From a virus, in IMG/VR virus record IMGVR_UViG_3300006802_012847, positions 36,319-100,318 of that record: 64,000 nt of DNA; one strand, 5' to 3'. The translations under genes and the position numbers were made by a program. Below, one piece after another: positions 30,631 through 40,862 of this stretch (its first letter is position 1; every line of letters starts with the position of its first letter). The notes beneath the pieces are model-generated. The model was not told the DNA's origin and made no database searches. It saw only the letters and a list, made by a program, of their open reading frames with translations.

Positions 30631-30825
30631 GTGAAAACTAGAACAAAAGTAAGGTTTGAGCCTTACGACGATAATATTCTATACAACTCTTTGTTGGATT
30701 CTGATTTCAATTCCGAAGATCTTTCTTTTTGCGATTTATACGAACAAAAGTACCAAGGAGGAAAAATAAAATTAGATATTTCTGTAGGCCTATCCACGAA
30801 TTTTCTTGACATCCTAAATATATAA
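30631..30825 (+). CDS. hypothetical protein
   Basis: 64 aa, GTG start 5 nt after TATTTAT (30619). Confidence 0.4.
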   Translation: MKTRTKVRFEPYDDNILYNSLLDSDFNSEDLSFCDLYEQKYQGGKIKLDISVGLSTNFLDILNI

Positions 30826-30858
30826 AGTATAAGCAGCGCTATTGAGTGCTTTTAGTTA

Positions 30859-31248
30859 GTGCTTTTATTCTATATATTAATTATGAATGCTAGAAGTAAA
30901 TGCTTAAAAGCTAAGCAAGCTAAACAAGCTAAGCTTAAAACTAATAGTAATAAGCTATATAAAAAGAGCAAGCTTACTAAGCAAAGAGAATTGTGTGTTG
31001 AAACGCACCTTAATCAATTAATTCCTATAATTTTTAAAACTATGTATGTCGCTGATGGATTGTGTTTTGATCCAGAAAGTGACGAAGCAAAAATTTATAT
31101 AAGAAAACAATTGCAGAACAAAAGAAAATTAAATGTGTTGATTGAAGAAATAACACATGCTTTCTTTTGGGAGATGCCTGAGTATAGAGTAAGAAAATTT
31201 AGTGCTCAATTAGGTAAAATTATATACCATCTTTTCATAAAAAAGTAA
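30859..31248 (+). CDS. hypothetical protein with degenerate zincin-like EEITH motif; start uncertain
   Basis: DGLC..KIYI..LIEEITHAFF; N-terminus overlaps an AAGC-rich repeat tract. Confidence 0.45.
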   Translation: MLLFYILIMNARSKCLKAKQAKQAKLKTNSNKLYKKSKLTKQRELCVETHLNQLIPIIFKTMYVADGLCFDPESDEAKIYIRKQLQNKRKLNVLIEEITHAFFWEMPEYRVRKFSAQLGKIIYHLFIKK

Positions 31249-31280
31249 AAACACTTACTTTATATAATATTTATTAGGGA

Positions 31281-32444
31281 ATGATAAATACTAAGTATAA
31301 AATATATCTCGACATGGATGGTGTTATTGCTGATTGGGAAGGTCAGTTCAAGAAAAAATTTGGATATCCAGTTGAGGCATTTGATAGTCGTTTCGGTAAA
31401 GAAAAAAGACAGAAGTTAGTTCAACAGAATAGTCCTTTGTTTTATGAAAATATGCCATGGACTAAAGATGGTAAGATATTATTCAATTTTCTAAAACAAT
31501 TTCCTACAGAGATACTCAGTCATTCTACGGACGACCAATGTAAACAAGGAAAACAAACTTGGTTACAGAATAAGAATATTAATCTAACGCAACATTTAGT
31601 TGACAATAGACAAGATAAAGCTAAGTATGCTGGAAAAGATACTATTCTTATCGATGATAGAGAAGATAATATTGCTGAATTTCAAAATGCTGGTGGTATT
31701 GGCATTCTACATAAAAATTCAACGGATACAATTAATAAGCTGAAAGAAATATTAGGAGTAAAACAATCTCATAGAATTTATAATAGTATATTAAATCCAG
31801 AGTTATTCAATAATGATATTTTAAAACCAGAAGTGGTTGAACAATTATATAAAATTGCTAGAGAGTTTTATAAAGAAACAGAATTGGAAGTACCGATTGA
31901 AGATATTGTTTTATTAGGTAGTTCAGCAGGTTATAATTGGACTCCTACTAGTGATCTAGACTTGCATATAATTATAGATTTTAGTAAAATAGACGAAAAT
32001 ACTGACTTAGTTAAAAAAGCAGTTGATGGATATAAAAATAAATGGAATAATTTTCATGACATATACATCAACGAACATCCGGTAGAACTATACATTCAAG
32101 ACATTAATGAAGAAAATAAAAGTCAAGCAGTTTACAGTATTACTAAAAATGAATGGATCACTAAGCCGAAGTATGAATCGCCTAATATAGATAAAATAGC
32201 AATTAAAAGAAAGTATAAAGAATTAAAAGATCTCATTGATCGTTCTGTAACTGAATCCAACATTGAGAATCTTAAAAGTTTAGTTCGAAGAATTTACAAT
32301 ATGAGAGAAGCTGGACTAAGTTCCGGCGGAGAATATAGTACAGAAAATCTCGTATTCAAGCTATTGAGAAGTAATGGTTATATTGATAAAGTCCGTGATT
32401 CCATTATAAATTTAACGGATAAACAACTATCTAGCAGAGTATAA
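31281..32444 (+). CDS. HAD 5'(3')-nucleotidase fused to a Pol-beta-superfamily nucleotidyltransferase
   Basis: YLDMDGVIAD..ILIDDR (HAD); LLGSSAGYNWTPTSDLDLHII..VELYIQD (GS..DxD..D/E). Confidence 0.75.
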   Translation: MINTKYKIYLDMDGVIADWEGQFKKKFGYPVEAFDSRFGKEKRQKLVQQNSPLFYENMPWTKDGKILFNFLKQFPTEILSHSTDDQCKQGKQTWLQNKNINLTQHLVDNRQDKAKYAGKDTILIDDREDNIAEFQNAGGIGILHKNSTDTINKLKEILGVKQSHRIYNSILNPELFNNDILKPEVVEQLYKIAREFYKETELEVPIEDIVLLGSSAGYNWTPTSDLDLHIIIDFSKIDENTDLVKKAVDGYKNKWNNFHDIYINEHPVELYIQDINEENKSQAVYSITKNEWITKPKYESPNIDKIAIKRKYKELKDLIDRSVTESNIENLKSLVRRIYNMREAGLSSGGEYSTENLVFKLLRSNGYIDKVRDSIINLTDKQLSSRV

Positions 32445-32532
32445 TAATTTTGGTCAATATATATAAAAAAACATTGATTATTTAAATTTAGTGATATTTA
32501 TATTCATAAGACATAATTAGAGGACAAAACAT

Positions 32533-33024
32533 ATGGCAGAATTACTAAACCCAACAGAAATTTTCTACACAGCTTTTGAACCAAAAGTTCAAAACAGACA
32601 CATATTATACTGTGACGGCATTCCTTCATTCATTATTAAAAAGGTTGCTAGACCAACACTAACACAAGCCGCAAAAGAACTTGATCACATCAACATTAAG
32701 ACTTTTTATAAAGGTAAGTCAGTATGGGGCACAGTAGCTATGGAACTATACGATCCAATTGTTCCATCAGGCGCACAAGCAGTAATGGAGTGGGTACGTC
32801 TACACCACGAATCTGTGACTGGTCGTGATGGTTACCAAGACTTCTACAAGAAAGACTTAACTATCAATGTATTAGGACCAGTTGGCGATAAAGTTGAAGA
32901 ATGGACACTAAAAGGTGCATTTATTACATCCGCAGCTTTCGGTGAATTAGACTGGAGTAATGACGGAGATGCCCTTATGATTAGTTTAGAAGTACAACCA
33001 GATTATTGTATTCTCCAATACTAA
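32533..33024 (+). CDS. tail tube protein (gp19-like)
   Basis: FEPK..R, LYDPIVPSGAQAVMEW, YKKD, EWTLKGAF; SD GAGG. Confidence 0.88.
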   Translation: MAELLNPTEIFYTAFEPKVQNRHILYCDGIPSFIIKKVARPTLTQAAKELDHINIKTFYKGKSVWGTVAMELYDPIVPSGAQAVMEWVRLHHESVTGRDGYQDFYKKDLTINVLGPVGDKVEEWTLKGAFITSAAFGELDWSNDGDALMISLEVQPDYCILQY

Positions 33025-33049
33025 TTTATATAACTTTAATTATGTTAGT

Positions 33050-33080
33050 AAAAAAGCTCATCTGGTGGTGAGCTTTTTTT
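33050..33080 (+). terminator. intrinsic terminator
   Basis: AAAAAAGCTCA-loop-TGAGCTTTTTTT. Confidence 0.8.
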
Positions 33081-33086
33081 ATAGAT

Positions 33087-33539
33087 ATGACAAATATAAA
33101 ATCAGACGATAGAATAGTAATGGCAAAAGAAACAATTTTGCCTTTAAAATTCCCAGTACCGCAACGTGATAGAGGAGCAAAACCTAGAGGCTTATGGTAT
33201 GCTATTGGTACTAGTTGGATTGACTGGGTTAGAAATGAAATGCCTGATTGGGAAGGTGATTACATTTATAAATTACAATTAAACGTCAATAGAATATTGA
33301 TAATAAAAACTTACAAAGAATTACTTGAGTTTTCAAATCGATACACCAAAAAAGATGATTCTTATAATGTTTTTTGGTCAGAAGTTTCTAAATTATATGA
33401 TGGTATTGAAATAAATCCATATCAACCAGATGCCAGATTTAATGATGAAACTATTTGGTATTACGGATGGGATGTAGCATCTGGTTGTATTTGGAATAAA
33501 AATGCTTTAAATACAATTAATAGAATTGTTAAAAAATAA
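33087..33539 (+). CDS. hypothetical protein, possible ADP-ribosyltransferase-like fold
   Basis: KPRGLWYA..IYKLQL..YDGIEI..GWDVASGCIWN pattern. Confidence 0.4.
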   Translation: MTNIKSDDRIVMAKETILPLKFPVPQRDRGAKPRGLWYAIGTSWIDWVRNEMPDWEGDYIYKLQLNVNRILIIKTYKELLEFSNRYTKKDDSYNVFWSEVSKLYDGIEINPYQPDARFNDETIWYYGWDVASGCIWNKNALNTINRIVKK

Positions 33540-33581
33540 TATATTTATTATATATAGTCACACATTGTTTAAGTTTGTTAC

Positions 33582-33743
33582 ATGTTTTACAAACAATCAA
33601 AACAAACTAAAATGTCAGACGAAAAAATTAAATTAAATTATATAGAAAAAGATATTCAGAAACATCAAAGTTTATTAGAAGATTTACAATATAAATCTAT
33701 AAAAAGAGATGCTTTGGAAGATTTAGAATCGTATGCAAAATAA
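33582..33743 (+). CDS. small hypothetical protein (53 aa, not in ORF track)
   Basis: MFYKQSKQTKMSDEKIKLNY...ESYAK*, downstream of TATTTAT 33542; overlaps the next start. Confidence 0.35.
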   Translation: MFYKQSKQTKMSDEKIKLNYIEKDIQKHQSLLEDLQYKSIKRDALEDLESYAK

Positions 33744-34524
33744 TATAACAGTATTAATGCCTGGTGGATTTAAACCACCTCATGATGGTCACTTATCATT
33801 AGCTAATAAATTTGCTTCTAGAAGTGATGTTGATAAGGTATTAGTAATGGTTGGACCAACAGAACGTGAAGGTATAAACAGAAAACAAAGTCTTGCTATT
33901 TGGAATGCTTTGCCAAAAAATCCAAAAGTAAAAGTTATACCTGTTTCTGAAGATAATCCAATGACAGCAGCGTTTAAATATGTGTTTAATCTTCCAAAGG
34001 ATAGTACAGAAACTATCGCACTGGGTTCTAGTTCTAAAGACCCAGATGATGCTAAAAGAGCTAAGATATTTAGATTGGCAATTGAAAAATATAAAAATAC
34101 TCCCAGCAAAAATGGAGAAACAGCTCCGCCAAATATAGTTGTCACAGATTTAACAGATGATGTTTACAGTGTATACAAGAATAGAACAGATGATTTAAAC
34201 GGATCGAGTATAAGTGCTACAACTCTTAGAAACGATTTAAAAAACAATGATTTTAATAATTTTAAAACTAATTATCCTAATATAGATGAAAGAACTGTTA
34301 AAAAGATTTTTCACATTTTAAAAGGTACTACTATGAACGAATTGAAAAAACAAAGATATATGGCTATCATTAAAGAAATGTTAAAAGAAGAAGATGATAG
34401 TTTTATGAACGCAATATTGGGGTCAGAGAAAGATTATAAAACCACCTTGGATAAAATAAATAAACGTGCTTCTGAATTAACAAAAGCTGCTCATGATGCT
34501 AAATCTAAAGCAGTTCCAAAGTGA
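33733..34524 (+). CDS. HxGH nucleotidyltransferase (cytidylyltransferase/NMNAT-like)
   Basis: PGGFKPPHDGH and C-terminal ISATTLR motifs. Confidence 0.75.
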   Translation: MQNNITVLMPGGFKPPHDGHLSLANKFASRSDVDKVLVMVGPTEREGINRKQSLAIWNALPKNPKVKVIPVSEDNPMTAAFKYVFNLPKDSTETIALGSSSKDPDDAKRAKIFRLAIEKYKNTPSKNGETAPPNIVVTDLTDDVYSVYKNRTDDLNGSSISATTLRNDLKNNDFNNFKTNYPNIDERTVKKIFHILKGTTMNELKKQRYMAIIKEMLKEEDDSFMNAILGSEKDYKTTLDKINKRASELTKAAHDAKSKAVPK

Positions 34525-34575
34525 TCCGCAATTAAAATAAATTAAAATTGTTATATTTGTTCTATATATTAGTAT

Positions 34576-35391
34576 ATGAGTAACGAAGAAATTGTTTTAC
34601 AAAGAAGTGTACCTGAATTATCTACACAATCTCCAAAATATCCTACGGAAAAAATTGATTTACCAAGTAAAGGATATTTTTATCAAAGCAATAGTCCTTT
34701 GAGTTCTGGCGCAGTAGAACTAAAGATGATGACAGCAAAAGAAGAAGATATTCTAACTAGTCAAAATCTTATTAAAAAAGGAGTGGTTTTAGATAAACTA
34801 CTGGAAAGCTTGATTGTTACTCCAAACGTATCTGTGTCAGATTTACTCATATGTGACAAAAATGCTTTGTTTGTAGCAGCTAGACGACTTGCGTATGGTG
34901 ATAATTATGGTCCTTTACAAATAAAATGTCCACAATGTACTGAAGAATCTAAAGAAACTATTAATTTAAGTCTTTTAACTGATAAAGACGTAGACTTCTC
35001 TGGTTTTGAAAAAGGTCAAAATGTTTTTGAATTTGAATTACCTTACTCTAAAAAACTTATTCGTTTTAGGTTATTAACTTCTAAAGATGAAGATGAAATC
35101 GACGTAGAAGTAAAATCTGTTTCTAAGTTTTTAAAATCCGGTGGAAGTGCTGAAGTAACAACCAGATTAAAGAAATTAATTATAAGTATAGATGGAGATT
35201 CAGATAGGTCAAAAATCAATAAATTTGTAGATACAGAGCTACTTTCGAGAGATAGTTCAGCATTACGTACCTTTGTTAGAAAAGTGGCTCCTGAGCTAGA
35301 TTTGTCCTTTAATTTCACGTGTCCAAATTGCGCTCATGAAGAAAGGATGGATGTACCGATGACGGTACAGTTTTTTTGGCCTGAGTCTTGA
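34576..35391 (+). CDS. gp26-like baseplate hub / tail assembly chaperone
   Basis: IDLPSKG, MTAKEEDIL, two CPxC motifs, ends QFFWPES over a T7 run; precedes tape measure. Confidence 0.75.
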   Translation: MSNEEIVLQRSVPELSTQSPKYPTEKIDLPSKGYFYQSNSPLSSGAVELKMMTAKEEDILTSQNLIKKGVVLDKLLESLIVTPNVSVSDLLICDKNALFVAARRLAYGDNYGPLQIKCPQCTEESKETINLSLLTDKDVDFSGFEKGQNVFEFELPYSKKLIRFRLLTSKDEDEIDVEVKSVSKFLKSGGSAEVTTRLKKLIISIDGDSDRSKINKFVDTELLSRDSSALRTFVRKVAPELDLSFNFTCPNCAHEERMDVPMTVQFFWPES

Positions 35392-35608
35392 GTATAAGGT
35401 ATCACTCCACAAACAAATATTCGAACTGTCTTATTTTTCTAATGGGGCATTAAATGTTGATATTGCGTATAACCTCCCAATATATCTTCGTAATTTTTAT
35501 TATAAAACTTTGTTAGAGATAAAACAAAAGGAAAGTAAATCTTATGAAGATGCTACAAAAAAACCTTCCAAAAATACTAACAAACCAAGGGTAGATAAAC
35601 CGTTTTAA
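35372..35608 (+). CDS. gp51-like frameshift extension of the tail chaperone (no ATG of its own; not in ORF track)
   Basis: +1 frame open 35363-35608: FFGLSLEYKVSLHKQIFELSYFSNGALNVDIAYNLPIYLRNFYYKTLLEIKQKE... Confidence 0.7.
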   Translation, partial: FFGLSLEYKVSLHKQIFELSYFSNGALNVDIAYNLPIYLRNFYYKTLLEIKQKESKSYEDATKKPSKNTNKPRVDKPF

Positions 35609-35647
35609 AATGACATAGTTCTATATTTATAAATATAACTATAAATT

Positions 35648-38089
35648 ATGGCAAATTCTATCCGACAATCAGAACTCGATAGACTCAAAAATTCTATTAG
35701 GGACATGACAGACTTATCTAGGTCTGTTCGTAATACATTCGACGAGATCAATTCAGTAACAGGCGATACAGCGGATAAATTTAAAACTATTGTAGATAAT
35801 GCTAAACAAAATGCAAATCTTGTTGAAAGATATCTTATAAGTCAACAACTCACCAAAAAAATACAATCGCAGATAAATGAATTTAAATCTAAGTCTGGTT
35901 ATTTAGATAGATCACAGCTAGAATTTAGAAAGAGCGAACTTTTATTACAAAAGAAAATTGCAACTGCTCAGATTAGTAGACTATTAAATTCTCAATTAGA
36001 TAATGATGCTAAAGAACAAGCAATTAATGCCATCAAGACAAGAATGATGATGGAGAGTGCTGAGTTAGACATATTAGAAAAACAAGTAGACACTCAGAAT
36101 GATATTGTAAGAGCATTAGAAGATCAACTCACAGCAGCTCAAAAATTAGGAGAAGTTACTATAGAACAAGACAATTTATTTGACCAAGGAAAAAATAAAT
36201 TACTTGATTGGTATAACAAATTTAAAAATATTAATGTTTTACAAAAAGGCATAGCGATAGCGACTACAACATTTGTAGCAATTATTAAAAAAGGATATGA
36301 AAACTTTCTAGCATTTGATACAGCTGCAACTAGTGTTAGACAGACCCTTGGATTTTTCCCAGGCGAGATGGATGCGTTGAGAGGTACTATAAAAAATGTT
36401 ACTTTTGATCTCATGGACATGGGTGCAACATTTGATGATGTTGCAAAATCCGTAACAGCTATCGCATCGGAAATAAATGGAATTGTTGCCCAAGACAAGG
36501 AGTTACTAACTACCGTAACCGCTCTGGCAAAAAACTTTGGAATATCAGAAGCTACATCTGCAAAGTTTTTAAAAACCATGGGTGGTGTGAGTAATCAAAC
36601 TGCTAAATCTCAAACAGCGATGATAGGATTTAGTAAAAACTTAGCAAAAGCATCTGGAGTTCCATTAGATCAATTGATGAAAGATGTAGCTGATGCTGGT
36701 GATAATGCTAGAATATATGCAGGTCGTACCGCAGTTGAATTAGTTAAAGCAGCGGCTGGTGCTAGAATGTTGGGAACTAATTTAGAATCAGCCGCAAAAT
36801 CAGCGGATCAGTTATTAAATTTTGAAAGTAGTATTAACTCCGAATTAAAAGCAAGTGCTCTATTAGGAAGAAATATAGATTTCAATCGTGCTCGTCAATT
36901 AGCATTTAGCAAAGATATTTTAGGATCAGAAAAAGAAATTTTACGTATAACAAAAGGTATTAAATTTAATGAACTGAATCCAATACAACAAAAAGCATAT
37001 GCTGAAGCAGCTGGTAAAACCGTTGGTGAATTACAAGACATGCTTCAAGCAGAAAAGAATATGCAACTTCTTCGTGAATCTGGTACTCAAGAACAAAGAG
37101 ATTTGATTAATGAGTATGATAGATTGATGCAAATGAAAGAGGAACAAGCACAGAGTGAAGGAGAAATTGCTGAACAACAAATCAAACAAAGATTGAATCA
37201 AGAAAGAATGGCTCAACTTCAAAATAAATTTAATAAATTAATATCTGAGCTAGCCGGACCAGTTATGGATTTTGTTGAACCACTGTTAGATTTAGCTATT
37301 AAGATTTTTCCTGGACTTGTAGCGGGAATGAAAATTTTTAGCAATGCTGTACTCTTTGTTACTGGTCTCGAACTATGGAAAATGATTCCTAAAGCTATAG
37401 GTGTATTTTCTAGATTTTTCAGTGGAGGTGCTGGATTTGTCAAATCGCTTGGGGCTGCAACTGTATCGATGTCAAATTCATTTGGTATATTTGTCAAGGG
37501 CCTTAGTTTCATAGGTAAATTACTTGGACCAATTGGTTTAGTAATAAGTGCTTTTTCTTTAATAGGAAACTTAATGAAAAGATGGCAAGAAGCTCCAGAT
37601 GGTATCTTAGGAGGTTTCGAAGCGATAGCAGGGGCTTTGTATGATACTTTCTTAAAACCTTTCGTGGATGCGTATGATTGGATAGCCGGTATGTTTGTCG
37701 GCAAATCCCCATCAAAATTAGCACTTGGAATATTAAAAGGAATTCAGTCAGTTGCTGGACTCATACTAGATGCTTTAACATTGCCATTCAGATTATTCTG
37801 GAACAACACAGTTGCTAAGATACCTGGCGTACCAGCATTAGGTGCTCCTAGTGAAGCGTTAGGATTGGGTGGTGCTGGTGGCGAATCTGGTGAAGGATCT
37901 ATAGGAGGAAACGATAAATTAATGGAAGTAATTTCCACTGGCAATCAACAAATAGTAAATAAAATTGATGAATTAATAACCGCACTAGGTAATGGTGGTA
38001 TTGGTGTTAATTTAGATGGTGTCAAAGTTAACTATGCTCTTGCTAAATCAGCTGTAACAAGAGGGAGTTTTGGACAAGCAACATTCTAA
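35648..38089 (+). CDS. tape measure protein
   Basis: 813 aa helical, Ala/Gln-rich, hydrophobic C-terminal repeats; position after the chaperone. Confidence 0.8.
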   Translation: MANSIRQSELDRLKNSIRDMTDLSRSVRNTFDEINSVTGDTADKFKTIVDNAKQNANLVERYLISQQLTKKIQSQINEFKSKSGYLDRSQLEFRKSELLLQKKIATAQISRLLNSQLDNDAKEQAINAIKTRMMMESAELDILEKQVDTQNDIVRALEDQLTAAQKLGEVTIEQDNLFDQGKNKLLDWYNKFKNINVLQKGIAIATTTFVAIIKKGYENFLAFDTAATSVRQTLGFFPGEMDALRGTIKNVTFDLMDMGATFDDVAKSVTAIASEINGIVAQDKELLTTVTALAKNFGISEATSAKFLKTMGGVSNQTAKSQTAMIGFSKNLAKASGVPLDQLMKDVADAGDNARIYAGRTAVELVKAAAGARMLGTNLESAAKSADQLLNFESSINSELKASALLGRNIDFNRARQLAFSKDILGSEKEILRITKGIKFNELNPIQQKAYAEAAGKTVGELQDMLQAEKNMQLLRESGTQEQRDLINEYDRLMQMKEEQAQSEGEIAEQQIKQRLNQERMAQLQNKFNKLISELAGPVMDFVEPLLDLAIKIFPGLVAGMKIFSNAVLFVTGLELWKMIPKAIGVFSRFFSGGAGFVKSLGAATVSMSNSFGIFVKGLSFIGKLLGPIGLVISAFSLIGNLMKRWQEAPDGILGGFEAIAGALYDTFLKPFVDAYDWIAGMFVGKSPSKLALGILKGIQSVAGLILDALTLPFRLFWNNTVAKIPGVPALGAPSEALGLGGAGGESGEGSIGGNDKLMEVISTGNQQIVNKIDELITALGNGGIGVNLDGVKVNYALAKSAVTRGSFGQATF

Positions 38090-38101
38090 TACTTATACAA
38101 A

Positions 38102-40855
38102 ATGGCAAACAGTCAAACATTTTTAGAAGGAAATACTGGAGGCGGTGGACAGATTACAACTCTTTCCCAAGTACAGGGTGCGGGTCTTCAAATTCCAGGA
38201 AGTGATTTTATTAATATAAGATCGCCTGGTAAATTAAGAGCATTATTTGAAAGCAATGGTAATGCTGAACAAATTTATTCTGTTAACAAACCAGAAGATC
38301 TTGGATTAGCCGATGCTTTAAGAAATAGATTTCAGTATAAAAATCCAAATCAAGGTCAGCGTGATAGAAAAATTACAAACATAACTAGAGCTGCTGCTCA
38401 AGATGCCAATTTAGTAAGAAGTTTTTTACGTTCTAAAAATGGTACTAAATTTTTAACACAACAATTGTTGTTACAAGGATTTCAAGCATTTGACGAAACT
38501 AAATTATATAATCCACTATCTCCATATATTGCTGCTTTAAAACCGGCGTCATTTGGTTTAGTAGAAAATCCCACACGTCACGTTGATACGTCAAATGCGA
38601 TTGGCGGTATTGTAAATGGTCTGGGCATTGGAAAAATAACGTCTACTATTGGAGGTCTGTTTGGAGGCGCTCCATCTCAACCAGCACCGCCTCGTTCTTC
38701 TGTTGCTAGTGAAGCTAGTGGTGGATTTGGACTTGCTACGTTTACAAGTTTTCTAGGTGGTGGTGATAGAACAAGTAAAATTGTAGCACCTATTGCACGT
38801 GGTGATGTAAAAGGACTACTAAGAGGGGGAACTGCTACTGGTGCTTATAATGCTCCTAGATATACTAAGTTGGTTGGACAAGGAAACGGCGGAGGATTCT
38901 TCAAGAAACTTTTATCAGGTGTAGGAAAATTTATACAGAACAATACAGCTATAGGTGGACTATTACCTCCTAAACAACCATGGAATGCTAAGTATCGTGC
39001 TGATGAAGAAACATATGATTTGTATTTAAATGCTGGCAAACTTTTTGAGGCAGGAGATACTGGTATAGCTGGAGGTGGAATTTTAAGTGGAATTCTTAAT
39101 GCGATTGGATTTGGTAAAAAGGCTAATTATTCTTTAGCGGTAAAACAAAGGTTTCATACTACTTCTAAACAATCACCAGATTACAATAGATTAATTATAA
39201 CAAAAAATGTAGGTAAACAATCTGTTCCAAACACAACGTATACATACACAAATAATGTAGGAACGATTGCTGGACCAGGTAAACTTACAGGCAAAGATAT
39301 TGCTGAAGTTCCAGTGGCAAGTGGTTATGATTCAAATAGATCTAGATTAATTTATGGAGATGCAGTTGGATCTAGAGTGACTGGTCAATCAAGTGAAGCT
39401 GTTGAACAAAGCGATCAGTTATTAAACTATAAAGCATTAATAAATAATACAAAAGATTTTACACGTACATTTACAAACGAACAAGATGTAGTTGTACAAA
39501 GTTTAATTGAGAGTTTTAATGATGCGTTAATGGATATATCTACTCCAGAAAATGCAAAATATTCAATTAATCTTTCTAGTAAAAAGAATTTATATCCTTT
39601 ACAGTTTGCTAAATTTCAGTCTGGTAATAAAGTTGGTATGGATTATGTAGATCAAATTGATTCTACACCAAAAAATGACACAACTAAAAATAATAATTCA
39701 TACCAAGCAAGACTAAGATTTGACGAAACAAAAGCAAATAAAGTTCCATCTAGATTAGGAGAACTTGACTCAAAAGATAGATTCATAAGACCAACTAATA
39801 ATGTAGATTATGTTAACGCATTAGAAGTAATGAACGCAGAGGACTTTAAAAAGTATTACTCTGAAACAGAAAACTTTGGAGCATATGGTCCTGATATTAT
39901 CAAATTTTATTTTTATGACATTGTAAATAGAAAATATATTCCATTCAATGCTACGGTTAAAGGAATCACTGATACCAGTAATGCTGAATGGGAAGAAATA
40001 ACTTATATGGGTCGTGCTGATAAGTTACAATACTATAAAGGATTTACTAGAACTATATCATTATCATTTAAAACTGTTGTTCATAGTATTAAAGAATTAA
40101 GACCGATGTGGCAAAGAATAAATTATCTTTCTAGCTTAACTAAACCAGCAAATTATACGTTAGATAATTTTGGAGGATATATGATTTCTCCGATGGTACA
40201 ATTAACACTCGGCGATTTTTATAAGAATCACAATGTTGTAATTACGAGTTGTGGTGTTACCGTTCCAGATGATGCTTCTTGGGAAACTATACCTGAAGAT
40301 GCTCCGTCACATTTAAGTTGGTACTATGGATTGAACAGAGCAATTTCTTGGGACAGTACTAAAAATCTGTTAAACAGTTCTATAGATACAAGAAAAGCAA
40401 ATTCAAAAGGAAGATTTGCTCAGTTTCCAAGAGAGGCCGAGATTAGTTTACAAATGAAAGTACTTGAAAAAGATTTGCCAAAAGCTGGACGATCTTTATG
40501 GGGTGATTCTCCTGTTCAAAGAGTTACCGCAAAAGAGTATGATGCACTTTATGCTGAAGATGATCCAAATAATCTTTCTGCTGAAAAACTAGTATCGGAT
40601 GGAGCAACAATGGTTGACGTTTATTCTCAAGCATATAAACAGAACGTCACTGTTGCTGATGGAAGTGTACAACAATCAGATATTGATGTATCACGATTAG
40701 ACAGATTTTCAACATATATAAGATATGATAATTATCAACCTGTTGAAGATACTAAAAACGTAGAAGATCCATCGAAGAGTCCAGTAAATTCTCCTCCGCC
40801 TAAAATTGAAACGGCAGGTAGATCGATTACGGATATTCTTGGGCCAGCATCTTAA
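38102..40855 (+). CDS. baseplate / tail-tube initiator-like protein
   Basis: 917 aa; C-terminal YMGRAD..YKGFTRTISLSF..PMVQLTLGD tube-initiator-like segment. Confidence 0.6.
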   Translation: MANSQTFLEGNTGGGGQITTLSQVQGAGLQIPGSDFINIRSPGKLRALFESNGNAEQIYSVNKPEDLGLADALRNRFQYKNPNQGQRDRKITNITRAAAQDANLVRSFLRSKNGTKFLTQQLLLQGFQAFDETKLYNPLSPYIAALKPASFGLVENPTRHVDTSNAIGGIVNGLGIGKITSTIGGLFGGAPSQPAPPRSSVASEASGGFGLATFTSFLGGGDRTSKIVAPIARGDVKGLLRGGTATGAYNAPRYTKLVGQGNGGGFFKKLLSGVGKFIQNNTAIGGLLPPKQPWNAKYRADEETYDLYLNAGKLFEAGDTGIAGGGILSGILNAIGFGKKANYSLAVKQRFHTTSKQSPDYNRLIITKNVGKQSVPNTTYTYTNNVGTIAGPGKLTGKDIAEVPVASGYDSNRSRLIYGDAVGSRVTGQSSEAVEQSDQLLNYKALINNTKDFTRTFTNEQDVVVQSLIESFNDALMDISTPENAKYSINLSSKKNLYPLQFAKFQSGNKVGMDYVDQIDSTPKNDTTKNNNSYQARLRFDETKANKVPSRLGELDSKDRFIRPTNNVDYVNALEVMNAEDFKKYYSETENFGAYGPDIIKFYFYDIVNRKYIPFNATVKGITDTSNAEWEEITYMGRADKLQYYKGFTRTISLSFKTVVHSIKELRPMWQRINYLSSLTKPANYTLDNFGGYMISPMVQLTLGDFYKNHNVVITSCGVTVPDDASWETIPEDAPSHLSWYYGLNRAISWDSTKNLLNSSIDTRKANSKGRFAQFPREAEISLQMKVLEKDLPKAGRSLWGDSPVQRVTAKEYDALYAEDDPNNLSAEKLVSDGATMVDVYSQAYKQNVTVADGSVQQSDIDVSRLDRFSTYIRYDNYQPVEDTKNVEDPSKSPVNSPPPKIETAGRSITDILGPAS

Positions 40856-40862
40856 ATAATTT

